Below, piece after piece: positions 47,548 through 57,311 of a stretch of DNA of 64,000 nt. A program made the position numbers and the translations under genes. The stretch spans positions 672,001 to 736,000 of the forward strand of contig CAVZZO010000001.1 in the NCBI GenBank assembly GCA_963779755.1, given 5' to 3'. The notes beneath the pieces are model-generated. The model worked only from the letters and a program-made list of their open reading frames with translations, was not told where the DNA came from and ran no database searches. Numbering within the stretch: position 1 is the first letter of the stretch; the number at the start of each line of letters is the position of its first letter. The DNA is from an uncultured Gemmatimonadales bacterium (GTDB lineage: Bacteria; Gemmatimonadota; Gemmatimonadetes; Gemmatimonadales; GWC2-71-9).

Positions 47548-48837
47548 TCATCGTGTCCGGACCGGGCGTACGTCCTCATGCCGCGGCCGGGTGCTTCGCG
47601 GCCGGACCATCCGGGCCAGCGGTTCCTGCTTCAGGTACGGACTGCGGACGCTGCCCAGCTCGATGGGGAGCGCCACCTTCACCAGCACGGTCAGGACGAA
47701 CATGCCCATCGCCCAGATGCCGGCCGTGACGCTCAGCTCCACCCAGGTCGGCCGGTACTCGACCATCTCGCCCAGCGGGGAGGGGATGAATCCGGGGATC
47801 ACCAGGCCCATGCCCTTTTCGATCCAGATGGCGACGAAGAGCATGGCACAGGCCAGCATCAGCAGGTAGGTGTTGCGCCTGATTGCATGCACCATGAGCG
47901 AACCCGTCGCCAGCACGTTCATCCCGATCGCCGTCCAGATCCACGGCACCAGGGCGTGGTGGCCCCGCAGGCCGAAGAAGAGATAGACGGCGCTGGTGCC
48001 GTGTTCCGTGGGCCAGTAGAACTCGTAGAACAACTCCGAGAACAGCATGATGAGGTTGATCTGGGCCGTCACCGTGGTGATCAGCGCCAGCTTGGTAAAG
48101 GCCCGGTCGGCCACCGGGTACTCGGTGTTCTTCCGCACCACGTAGAGCATCAGGATCATGAACGCCGGGCCCGCGGTGAAGGCGGAAGCCAGGAAGCGCG
48201 GCCCCAGCAGCCCGCTGTTCCAGAACGGCCGCGCCGGCAGCCCGGCGAGCAGGAATGCCGTCACCAGGTGGATGCTCACCGCCCACATGACCGAGATGTA
48301 CATGAAGGGCAGGTATTTCCGTTTGGGCGGCGGGGTGCCCTTGTAGCGGTTGTAGAGGATGTAGAACGGGATGGCCAGGTTCAGCGCCAGGTAGCCGTTC
48401 AGCACCAGCACGTCCCAGGAGAGAAGCGAGCGGGGCCAGTTGAGGTACCCCAGCCCGGGAATGAGATGCCAGAACCGCTGGGGGCCGCCAAGATCGACCG
48501 TCACGAATCCCAGGCACATCACCAGCGCCGCCACCGCGACCCCTTCGGCCAGCAGCACCGCCTTGCCGAAGTCCACGTCCTCCAGGATGTAGGCCGGCAG
48601 CACCAGCATCATGGCGGCCGCCGCCAGCCCCACCAGGAAGGTGAAGTTCGAGATGTAGAGTCCCCAGCTCACATGGTCGCTCATCCCGGTGACGCCGAGG
48701 CCGAAGCGCACCTGCTGGGAATAGGCGTAGGCGCCCAGCAGCATGATCGCCGTCAGGCTGCCCATCCACAGGTGGTAGCGGCGGCCCCCGGAGGTGGCCG
48801 ACCGCAGCGCGGTACGCAGGAAGGCTCCCAGATGCAC
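47548..48837 (-). CDS. NrfD/PsrC family membrane subunit
   Basis: VSWGLYISNFTFLVG, VDLGGPQR, SLLSWD. Confidence 0.92.
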   Translation of the reverse strand: MHLGAFLRTALRSATSGGRRYHLWMGSLTAIMLLGAYAYSQQVRFGLGVTGMSDHVSWGLYISNFTFLVGLAAAAMMLVLPAYILEDVDFGKAVLLAEGVAVAALVMCLGFVTVDLGGPQRFWHLIPGLGYLNWPRSLLSWDVLVLNGYLALNLAIPFYILYNRYKGTPPPKRKYLPFMYISVMWAVSIHLVTAFLLAGLPARPFWNSGLLGPRFLASAFTAGPAFMILMLYVVRKNTEYPVADRAFTKLALITTVTAQINLIMLFSELFYEFYWPTEHGTSAVYLFFGLRGHHALVPWIWTAIGMNVLATGSLMVHAIRRNTYLLMLACAMLFVAIWIEKGMGLVIPGFIPSPLGEMVEYRPTWVELSVTAGIWAMGMFVLTVLVKVALPIELGSVRSPYLKQEPLARMVRPRSTRPRHEDVRPVRTR

Positions 48838-48844
48838 GGTTGCC

Positions 48845-49822
48845 TCAGTCGGTGAAGTACCAGAATCGCGGATCCGTCTGCAGGTCTTCCTTCAGACGGA
48901 ACACGTGCTTGTTGGCCAGCACCCAGCGGATCTCGGAATCCGGGTCCAGCAGGTTGCCGAAGACCCGAGCCCCGGTGGGACAGGCCTCGGCACAGGCCGG
49001 CAGCCGGCCCAGGCGGGTCCGGTGGATGCAGAAGGTGCACTTCTCCACCACCCCGCGCCGGCGCGCCCGGTTACCCAGGTAGTGCTGGTTGGGGTTCAGC
49101 TCCGCCGCGGGCACCTCGGGGTCGCTCCAGTTGAAGCGGCGCGCCCAGTAAGGGCAGGCGGCCATGCAGTAACGGCACCCGATGCACCAGTTGTAGTCGA
49201 TGACCACGATGCCGTCCGGCTCCTGCCAGGTGGCCCCGACGGGGCAGACCCGGGTGCAGGGAGGATCGCCGCACTGGAAGCACTGGGTCCCCAGATAGAA
49301 GTGGCCTTCGGCCGGCACCTCGTGCTGGAAGGTCGCGTCGGCCTCGGCGAAATCCACCTCGCCGTCTTCCATCTCGAAGATGCGGATGTACTGCGTCGCC
49401 GCCCGCCGGTCGAGGTTGTTCTCGTTGATGCAGGCCTGGACGCAGTTCCGGAACCCCTGGCACTTCGAGATGTTGAAGGCGTAGCCGAAGATCACCCCCG
49501 GCTGCGCGGCGGTGGAATGGATGGCCACGTCCTCGCCGCGCTCCAGCTTCGCCAGCCGCTCCAGCCGGGCGATGGTCTCCGCCCGTTCCTCCTCCGTCAT
49601 GAACCGGTAGTTGCCCTTGATGTACTCCCGCCATTTGAGCAGCCGGATCTCGCGCTCCTTGGGCGTCTCCGCGCTCAACGGCGTGCAGGCATTGAGCGCC
49701 GCGGCGCCGGCCACCGCCCCGGCGACCATCATCCCCACCGCTGCGCGCCGGTCCACCCGCTTCTGCAGCAGGGTCGCGTTTTCCTGGGCCTCCGGGCTCT
49801 GGCGGTCGCGATCGTTGCTCAT
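48845..49822 (-). CDS. 4Fe-4S dicluster protein (NrfC/PsrB-like) with Tat-like signal
   Basis: CQGFRNCVQAC, CFQCGDPPCTRVCP, CIGCRYCMAACP, KCTFC. Confidence 0.93.
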   Translation of the reverse strand: MSNDRDRQSPEAQENATLLQKRVDRRAAVGMMVAGAVAGAAALNACTPLSAETPKEREIRLLKWREYIKGNYRFMTEEERAETIARLERLAKLERGEDVAIHSTAAQPGVIFGYAFNISKCQGFRNCVQACINENNLDRRAATQYIRIFEMEDGEVDFAEADATFQHEVPAEGHFYLGTQCFQCGDPPCTRVCPVGATWQEPDGIVVIDYNWCIGCRYCMAACPYWARRFNWSDPEVPAAELNPNQHYLGNRARRRGVVEKCTFCIHRTRLGRLPACAEACPTGARVFGNLLDPDSEIRWVLANKHVFRLKEDLQTDPRFWYFTD

Positions 49823-50529
49823 GGCTGGCTCGTGGTCGGAGTTCTGGCGATCCGCGGCGCGCGGAACGGGATCCGCGGCTGAAGCGCGGGCCGGTGCGGG
49901 TCATGGCAATCCGGGCAGGCCATCACCACCCGCCGCCCCTGCCAGCCGTCCAGCCGTTTCCCGTGCGCGCCGTTGGCCCACGCCGTGGCCTGGGGGATGT
50001 GGCACTGGGCGCAGAGCTGGTAGCTCTCATCCAGGCTGACCCGCTTGCCATTGAGCAGGACCAGCGTCCCCACGTCCTCCGGCGCATGGCAGGTGGAGCA
50101 GAGCGCCCCGGTCCGGCTGGGGTGCACCGGCTGGATATTCTGGTGCGCGTCGGCGACCCGCCTGGCCTGCATGACCAGCTTCCGGCCCTGGTGGCAGGAG
50201 GTACAGGGATACTGGCTCAGCGCGGCGGAACGGTTGCGTAGCGCGATGGACAGATTGATCTGGCCGAACTGGCGCGCCTGCCCGGCCTCTGCCTCGGTGG
50301 TCCGGCGGGCCACTTCGAACGGCTGGCCGCCCGGTCCCGTCCATCCTTCCACCGCTATCGCCTCCACCGTCCCCAGCACCCCCGGCTCCCGCGCCGCATT
50401 GCGGGCGCGGGTGGCGGAATCGAGCGGCGCCATCATCTCGGCCGCCTGCTCGCTCCGCGCCAGGGAGCCGTTCCGGCACCCGACGACGATCCCCGCCGCC
50501 AGCAACAAGAGACCGATTCCGCGGGTCAC
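49819..50529 (-). CDS. Tetraheme cytochrome c lipoprotein
   Basis: CTSCH, CSTCH, CAQCH, CPDCH; VVGC lipobox-like. Confidence 0.88.
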   Translation of the reverse strand: MTRGIGLLLLAAGIVVGCRNGSLARSEQAAEMMAPLDSATRARNAAREPGVLGTVEAIAVEGWTGPGGQPFEVARRTTEAEAGQARQFGQINLSIALRNRSAALSQYPCTSCHQGRKLVMQARRVADAHQNIQPVHPSRTGALCSTCHAPEDVGTLVLLNGKRVSLDESYQLCAQCHIPQATAWANGAHGKRLDGWQGRRVVMACPDCHDPHRPALQPRIPFRAPRIARTPTTSQP

Positions 50530-51344
50530 GGGGCGGCTCCGGTGCTGTCAGCCGGAGTCCACGGCTGGTGCGCGAATGCCTGGGTTTCCCCGCCCGCCTG
50601 TACGTGGCATTGCCGGCAATCGGCCCGGTCGGGATGGGTGGTGCGGACCTCGGCTACCGCCGCGGGCCCCGAGTGGCAGGCCAGGCAGTTCTCCCGGAAC
50701 TGGAGATCGTGCGGGATGGGGGGCGGCGCCTGGTCCCGGGTCAGCGCCGGCAGGGTGGTCCAGACCGTCGTCGGCCAGGTGTAGGACGCCTCCGGCCGGG
50801 GCGCACCGCCGGCGGGGCCGTGGCAGAGATGACAGCGGTCGCTGGGACCGGCGTCGGGGGAGGCGAAGCCCATGACGCGGTCCTCTCCGAGATGGCATTG
50901 CAGGCACATGGTGCGCTCGGGATGGGGCGTCACCGGCGCATAGGCGGCGAAGCGGCGGGAGTAGCCGCCCCGGGCGTGACAGGCGCCGCAGGAGCTCGAG
51001 CGGTACTCGTCGGCGGTAAGGCCGTGGGGAATGCGGGGCGGCGCGCCCTCGTAGGCCCGGAGAAAATGGAATGTCCGCAGGTCGCGCGGGTGCGCCGTGC
51101 GCTGGCGCGGGTCGGCCGGCTCGATGGCCAGCATCGCGGGACTGGTCCGGAAGACCTGGGCCTCGCTGGCGATGGGTTCCTCCGGGACGGCGAGCAGTGG
51201 TACCGCTGGGGCCGGCGCCCGCTCGACCCGGGCGGCATAGGCCCGGCGGACCGCCGCCACCGTTGCCGCCGCCGCCGTGGCCAGGGACGCGACCAGAAGC
51301 GCGCTCATGAGGAGGACCGCGGGCCGCGGGCCGGTGGGGTTCAC
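50526..51344 (-). CDS. NapB-like cytochrome c (5 CxxCH)
   Basis: AYEGAPPRIPH and APPPIPH NapB-type motifs. Confidence 0.82.
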   Translation of the reverse strand: MNPTGPRPAVLLMSALLVASLATAAAATVAAVRRAYAARVERAPAPAVPLLAVPEEPIASEAQVFRTSPAMLAIEPADPRQRTAHPRDLRTFHFLRAYEGAPPRIPHGLTADEYRSSSCGACHARGGYSRRFAAYAPVTPHPERTMCLQCHLGEDRVMGFASPDAGPSDRCHLCHGPAGGAPRPEASYTWPTTVWTTLPALTRDQAPPPIPHDLQFRENCLACHSGPAAVAEVRTTHPDRADCRQCHVQAGGETQAFAHQPWTPADSTGAAP

Positions 51345-53656
51345 GGTGCCGGCGTTCCCGCGGGCAGCCGCTCCACGCGCACGGCGCACTTGCTGCCGTC
51401 CGGCTCCCCCGACAGCGGGCAGGCCGCATCGAGCATGAGACGCTTGACCGGCAGGTTCTCGTCGAAGTCCGGCGCGAACAGGTGGCCCACCGGCGGCTGC
51501 GACCGATAGTCGATACGCGCCTCCATCACCAGCGATCCCCGGCGGCTCACCACACGGACCATCTCCCGGTTGCGGATGCCGAGGCGCCGCGCGTCTTCCC
51601 GATTGATCTCCACGTAGGCGTGCGGCAGCGCCCGGTGCAGTGCCGGGATCCGCTGGGTGAGTGTCCCCGTGCCCTGATGCTCGAGCACCGCGCCGGTGGT
51701 GAGCCAGAACGGGTAGGCATGATCAGGAGCTTCTGCCGGCGGCTCATAGGGGCGCAGCCAGATCCAGGCCCGGTGGTCCGGGTGGCCGTAGAAGTCGTAC
51801 TCCCCCTTGCCGGCCTCTGCGGCGGGATCGTGGGCCGTGCTGTAGCGCCACTGGACTCCCCGATCGGTGGGGTAGGGCCAGTACGGCCACTGCACGCCCG
51901 GCTGGGAGCGCAGCGCGCTCAGGAGCGGGAGCCGGTCGGGAGCCTCGTCGTGGAAGTGGCGGTATTCCTCCCAGATCTGCTCCACGTGGCGGCTGGGGTC
52001 ATAAGGGAAGAGCTTCGCAAAGCCCAGACGACGCGCGACTTCGATCGTGAGCCAGGCGTCGCCCGTGGCATCGCCCGGCGGCCCCACCAGCCGGTCGAAC
52101 TGCTGGATACGGCGTTCGACGTTGGCGTAGAGGCCCTCCCGCTCAAACCAGAGGGCCGCGGGGAGCACCACATCGGCTACGTCGGTGCTCGCCGTGGGAT
52201 AGGCCGCCGAGACCACGAGGAAGCGGTCCGGCCGGGCCGCGGCGCGGCGGTACCGGTCCAGATCCGGCAGGCTCACCATCGGGTCAGTGGACTGGATCCA
52301 GAGCAGGCGGATGTCTCCAGACTCCAGCCGGCGGAACATCCCCAGCACCGGGGCCGCTGGCCGGAGATCGATCCGCTCCAACGGCACGCCCCAGATTTCG
52401 GCGGCGCGGCGGCGGTCGGCCTTGTTCCGTACCGTTCCACGGGGCAGCGCGTCGGTCAGGCTGCCGGCGTCATGCACCGCGCACCCGCCACTAGGCTGTT
52501 CGCTGAGTCCCAGGGCCCCGTTGCCGGGGCTGGCGATCTTGCCCACCAGCAGATGGAGATTGTACAGCGCGTTGTTGGCCCAGGTCCCTCGGATATCCTG
52601 ATTCACGCCTCGGCCCCAGACGGACATCACCCGCCGCAGCGGATCCCCATAGAGCGAGGCCAGCCAGCGGATGTCCGCCACCTGCATGCCGGAGAGGGCC
52701 TGGACCCGCTCGGGCCGGTAGTCCGAGAGGAACGCCACGTAGTCGTCCCACGTGGCGTCGGCCGGCTGCTCCAGGGCCAGGGTGTCGCCGGCGTCCGCTC
52801 CGAAATCGGTGCGCCCGCGCTGGAACGCGACATGCCGGTCGAGAAAGGCGTTGTCGGCCCAGTTGCGGGCGACGATCTCCTGGCAGATCCCATGGGCGAT
52901 GGCCAGCGTGGCGTGCGGCTGGTACAGCAGGACCTGATCGGCGGCGTAGCTGGTGCGGGTGGCGCGGGTGGCGAGACAGACGATCCGGACGGCCGGATCG
53001 CGCCGCTTCCGCTCCAGCATGCGGGAGAACAGCACCGGGTCGGTCTCGGCCAGGTTGATGTCCCAGAGGACGATGACGTCCGCGTGGTCGATGTCCTCGT
53101 AGCAGCCTGGGGCGCCGTCCTGGCCGAAGCTGCTCCGGAGACCGGCGCTGATGCTGCCGGCGTACAGCCGCGAGCTGGTCTCGATGTTGTTCGTACCCAG
53201 GGCCCCTTTGAACAGCTTGGCCGCGACGTAGGCGTCGGGAATGCTCCAACCGGCCGAGCCGTACATCGCGACGCTGTCCTTGCCGTGCTCCCGCACGGTG
53301 TCCCGGATCCGCTGCGCCACCAGGTCCAGCGCCTCGCCCAGCGGGACCGACACCAGGCCTCCTCCGCGCCGCACCATCGCCTGCCGGATCCGGTCGCGGC
53401 CGTAGAGCGCCTCGACGGAGTTGTAGCCTTTGGCGCAGGCGGACCCCTGGCTCACCGGCGAATCCGGATCGCTCCTGACTGCCACCGCGCGGCCGTTCTG
53501 GATCCCCACCAGCAAACCGCACCCCACACCGCACAATTCGCAGGGTGCTCGTTTCCAGGCCGGTCCGAGAACCGGCAAGACAATCCGGGGGGCGACGACT
53601 GCGGCGGAGGCAAGACCGGCGCTCCCGAGAAACGTCCTGCGGGTGACTCGTCTCAT
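51341..53656 (-). CDS. NapA-like molybdopterin oxidoreductase
   Basis: TRRTFL Tat signal; APCELCGVGC...CAKG; ADVVLPAA; YPFWLTTG..LEH. Confidence 0.9.
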   Translation of the reverse strand: MRRVTRRTFLGSAGLASAAVVAPRIVLPVLGPAWKRAPCELCGVGCGLLVGIQNGRAVAVRSDPDSPVSQGSACAKGYNSVEALYGRDRIRQAMVRRGGGLVSVPLGEALDLVAQRIRDTVREHGKDSVAMYGSAGWSIPDAYVAAKLFKGALGTNNIETSSRLYAGSISAGLRSSFGQDGAPGCYEDIDHADVIVLWDINLAETDPVLFSRMLERKRRDPAVRIVCLATRATRTSYAADQVLLYQPHATLAIAHGICQEIVARNWADNAFLDRHVAFQRGRTDFGADAGDTLALEQPADATWDDYVAFLSDYRPERVQALSGMQVADIRWLASLYGDPLRRVMSVWGRGVNQDIRGTWANNALYNLHLLVGKIASPGNGALGLSEQPSGGCAVHDAGSLTDALPRGTVRNKADRRRAAEIWGVPLERIDLRPAAPVLGMFRRLESGDIRLLWIQSTDPMVSLPDLDRYRRAAARPDRFLVVSAAYPTASTDVADVVLPAALWFEREGLYANVERRIQQFDRLVGPPGDATGDAWLTIEVARRLGFAKLFPYDPSRHVEQIWEEYRHFHDEAPDRLPLLSALRSQPGVQWPYWPYPTDRGVQWRYSTAHDPAAEAGKGEYDFYGHPDHRAWIWLRPYEPPAEAPDHAYPFWLTTGAVLEHQGTGTLTQRIPALHRALPHAYVEINREDARRLGIRNREMVRVVSRRGSLVMEARIDYRSQPPVGHLFAPDFDENLPVKRLMLDAACPLSGEPDGSKCAVRVERLPAGTPAP

Positions 53657-53819
53657 GGATTCCTGACGGGGACTCTAGGGATGCCGCGAAGCCCGACTGC
53701 GGTCATCCAAGACTTATTAAGAGAGATTAAAGGTTTCAGGAAGGCGCGATGAAGGCTCCTTAAAGCCGCAGATTCGCTCCGCCGATGAACGCCGTGCTAC
53801 CAGTCGGCGGTCCGGCGGT

Positions 53820-54600
53820 GAAACCTGACGGCGGCCCTGGTACAGCGCGGTTGGCTCAGGTCAGTTTATGGAACCGCAGATTACACAGATTACACAGATT
53901 ACGCAGATTGGCTCCGATGCCTGCGGCGCACTCCATGGCGCGTTGCCGGGCGACTCATAGAAAACATTCTGTTCACTTTTTTGGTGGGTGACTGGGTTGG
54001 ATCGGCGTGCCACCCGGGTCTGCGTAATCTGCGGCTACCTCAACGGATCCGTCCTGCTCGCCATGGTCGGCGGACCGGTTGTGGATCCTGACGGCGGCCC
54101 TGGTACAGCGCGGTTGGCTCAGGTCAGTTTATGGAACCGCAGATTACACAGATTACGCAGATTGGCTCCGATGCCTGCGGCGCACTCCATGGCGCGTTGC
54201 CGGGCGACTCATAGAAAACATTCTGTTCTCTTTTTTGGTGGGTGACTGGATTGGATCGGCGCGCGGCCCGGGTCTGCGTAATCTGCGGTTACCTCAACGG
54301 ATCCGTCCTGCTCGCCATGGTCGGCGGACCGGTTGTGGATCCTGACGGCGGCCTTGGTACAGCGCGGTTGGCTCAGGTCAGTTTATGGAACCGCAGATTA
54401 CACAGATTACACAGATTACGCAGATTGGCTCCGATGCCTGCGGCGCACTCCATGGCGCGTTGCCGGGCCGCCACAAAGAACAAGTGTTCTCTCTTTCTTC
54501 TGGGTGAGCGGGGCTAGGATCGGCGCGCCGCCCGCGGCGGAAGTAATCTGCGTACATCTGCGTAATCTGCGGCTAACTCAATCGATCCGTCCTGCTGGCC
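53820..54600. repeat. Three ~255-265-bp tandem ACGCAGATT-type units
   Basis: ggctcaggtcagtttatggaaccgcagatt at ~53853, 54116, 54370. Confidence 0.92.
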
Positions 54601-54839
54601 GGGGTCCGCCGACCGGCTGCGGACCCCGCCGGGACGCTGGGATCCATGCGATCCCGTGCCGGGCCCACCCTGCTCCTGCCGGCCGTCAGCGCCTCCGTCG
54701 GGAATACGGTGAGGCCGACGCCGATCTAGAAGGGGAGAGGAGGCGATATCCCCCAGAAGCGGGCTAGAAGCCAAGGAAAAGCCAAGGGGCCGGAGACGGC
54801 CGCTGTGGACTTTCTTTTCCCCCAACTAAAGGAGCGAGG

Positions 54840-55349
54840 ATGCGCGTCAGCGATCTTGAACGCCTGTACGACTATCACTACTGGGCCAACCGGCGATTGC
54901 TCGGAGCTGTCTCCTGGCTTACGCCGGAGCAATTCACCCGGTCCATCGCCGGCAGTTACGGCTCGATTCGGAATACCCTGGTCCACATTCTGAGCGCCGA
55001 GTGGGGCTGGCTCGATCGGTGTGGCGGCCACCAACGGGGCGAGCGGTTGAATCCGCGGGATTACGCGACCGTCGAAGCGGTTGCCCAGGCCTGGGCCCGG
55101 GTGGAGGGGCACGTCCGGAGCTTCCTGTCCGGCCTCGAGGATGAGGACCTGACACGCAGTATCGAATTCACCATCGGCGGTGGCCCTGAACAGTCGGCTC
55201 CGCTGGGGGATCTGCTGCAGCACGCGGCGGTGCACGCGGTGCATCATCGGGGACAAGTGGCTCTGCTGTTGCGCGTCCTGGGCTATGTGCCTGGCAATTT
55301 CGACCTGCTCCTGTACGTCGGCGAGGAACGCGACGCACCTGCCCTCTGA
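54840..55349 (+). CDS. DinB family protein
   Basis: YHYWANRRLL, SIRNTLVHI, HAVHHRGQ. Confidence 0.93.
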   Translation: MRVSDLERLYDYHYWANRRLLGAVSWLTPEQFTRSIAGSYGSIRNTLVHILSAEWGWLDRCGGHQRGERLNPRDYATVEAVAQAWARVEGHVRSFLSGLEDEDLTRSIEFTIGGGPEQSAPLGDLLQHAAVHAVHHRGQVALLLRVLGYVPGNFDLLLYVGEERDAPAL

Positions 55350-55394
55350 TTTTCAGGCGAATCATGGAGACTAGCGGACCCGCTGTAGACACTG

Positions 55395-56300
55395 CCGGCG
55401 GCCCTGGTACAGCGCGGTTGGCTCAGATCAGTTTATGGAACCGCAGATTACACAGATTACGCAGATTGGCTCCGATGCCTGCGGCACTCCCCGGAGCGTT
55501 GCCCGGGTGACTCATAGAAACTTGTGTTCCTGTTTCGGTGGGTGACTGGATTGGATCGGCGCGCCGCCCGGGCCGGAGGTAATCTGCGTACATCTGCGTA
55601 ATCTGCGGCCGCGGACCGGTTGTGGATCCTGACGGCAACCTTGGTGCTGACGGTTGGCCCAGGTCCGTTTAGTGATCCACAGATTACACAGATTACGCAG
55701 ATTGACTCCGATGCCAGCGGCACTCCATGGCGCGTTGCCGGGCCGCCACAAAGAACAATTGTTCTCTCTTTTTTCTGGGTGAGCGGGGCTAGGATCGGCG
55801 CGCCGCCCGGGCCGGAGGTCATCTGCGTACATCTGCGTAATCTGCGGTTACCTGAACGGATCCGTCCTGCTCGCCATGGTCCGCGGACCGGTTGTGGATC
55901 CCGGCGGCGGCCCTGATACAGCGGGGTTGGCTCAGGTCCGTTTAGTGATCCACAGATTACGCAGATTACGCAGATTGACTCCGATGCCTGCGACACTCCG
56001 TGGAGCGTTGCCGGGCCGCCACAAAGAACAATTGTTCTCTCTTTTTTCTGGGTAGTCGGGGTTAGCATCGGCGCGCCGCCCGTGGCGGAAGTAATCTGCG
56101 TACATCTGCGTAATCTGCGGCTACCTCAGCCGATCCGTCCTGCTCTTTTCATGGTCCTCGGACCGGTCGTGGATCCTGACGGCAACCTTGGTACTGACGG
56201 TTGGCCCAGGTCCGTTTGGTGATCCACAGATTACACAGATTTACGCAGATTTTGCTCCCATGCCTGCAGCGCTCCGTGAAGCGTTGCCGGGCCGTCACAA
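55395..56300. repeat. ACGCAGATT-type tandem units (same subfamily as 53820-54600)
   Basis: About 3.5 units of ~240-270 bp. Confidence 0.9.
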
Positions 56301-56394
56301 AGGGCCGCATTCTTTTCTTTGTTGTTATTACCAGCAGTTGTTCTTCGCGTGTCTTCGCGCTCTTGGCGTCTTCGCGGTTTCATTCGTCCATGAC

Positions 56395-56853
56395 TCAGCC
56401 GTAATGCTCCGCCAGTCGCTCCAGGAACGGCATCTGACCGCTCAGGATCCTCCGGCGCGCCTCCTCCAGCCCGAACCAGGCTGCCCGGTCCACTTCGGGG
56501 AACTCCACCATCCGCCCCGACCCCTTCGGCAACTCAAGCGGAAAGGTGTTGCTCCGGAGCGCCCCCGGGTCGGCGTCACGCCCGAGAGCCCAGGCATGCA
56601 CGACTTTCCCGCCAGGCTGCTTCACCTGGCCCAGGCTGACGGCTTCGCCCTGGGTATCGAAGCCGGTCTCCTCGGCCACCTCGCGGCGGGCGGCGGTCAG
56701 CGGATCCTCACCCGGCAGAATCTCGCCCTTGGGGATGGACCACGCCCCCAGGTCCTTCCGCGCCCAGAACGGGCCACCGGGATGGACCAGTAGCACCTCG
56801 AGGCCGGCGGGCCCGCTGCGGAAGAAGAGCAGGCCGGCGCTGATCCGGGGCAT
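56395..56853 (-). CDS. NUDIX hydrolase
   Basis: LVHPGGPFW, PKGE...AARREVAEETG. Confidence 0.93.
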   Translation of the reverse strand: MPRISAGLLFFRSGPAGLEVLLVHPGGPFWARKDLGAWSIPKGEILPGEDPLTAARREVAEETGFDTQGEAVSLGQVKQPGGKVVHAWALGRDADPGALRSNTFPLELPKGSGRMVEFPEVDRAAWFGLEEARRRILSGQMPFLERLAEHYG

Positions 56854-56917
56854 GAGAATGGCAGGAACCAGGGACCAGGAATCGGGAATCAGGGCTCAGC
56901 TGGAGGCGGTCCCCTCC

Positions 56918-57226
56918 TCATCCCTGGTCCCCGACTCCCGGCCCCTCTCTCAGAGACATCACTACTTCGGCGATCCGCAGGTCCGGCTCGCCCGTGACCT
57001 GGTAGGCTTCCGGAATGGTCCGGGCCAGCTCGGAGCCGCGAAACCGATCCAGCGACTCGCGGGAATCCCAGAGGTACACCGCGCCGTGCTCTCCCCCGGC
57101 ATAGCTGAGGTAGTACTTCTGGATCAGACCGGGGACCTGGCGGTAGCGTTTCGCCCTGGTCTGGTATTGCGCGTAGACTTCGTCCGGCGAGAGCGCCGAC
57201 TTGAAGCGGACGATGTAGGCAATCAT
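56918..57226 (-). CDS. YdhR-like putative monooxygenase
   Basis: VPGLIQKYY...GAVYLWDS. Confidence 0.75.
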   Translation of the reverse strand: MIAYIVRFKSALSPDEVYAQYQTRAKRYRQVPGLIQKYYLSYAGGEHGAVYLWDSRESLDRFRGSELARTIPEAYQVTGEPDLRIAEVVMSLREGPGVGDQG

Positions 57227-57311
57227 GGCTGGTACCCATCCGGCTGTGCCCAGGCGTAGTGTTAAGGCCGCTGCCGGTCGTACGCAAGCACCCCGGAGCG
57301 CTGCGCCAGGC

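Noticed and set aside
56860..56945. Loose heptamer-like inverted repeats (also 62092-62150)
   Set aside because: Too degenerate to define an element; probably terminator- or REP-like remnants.
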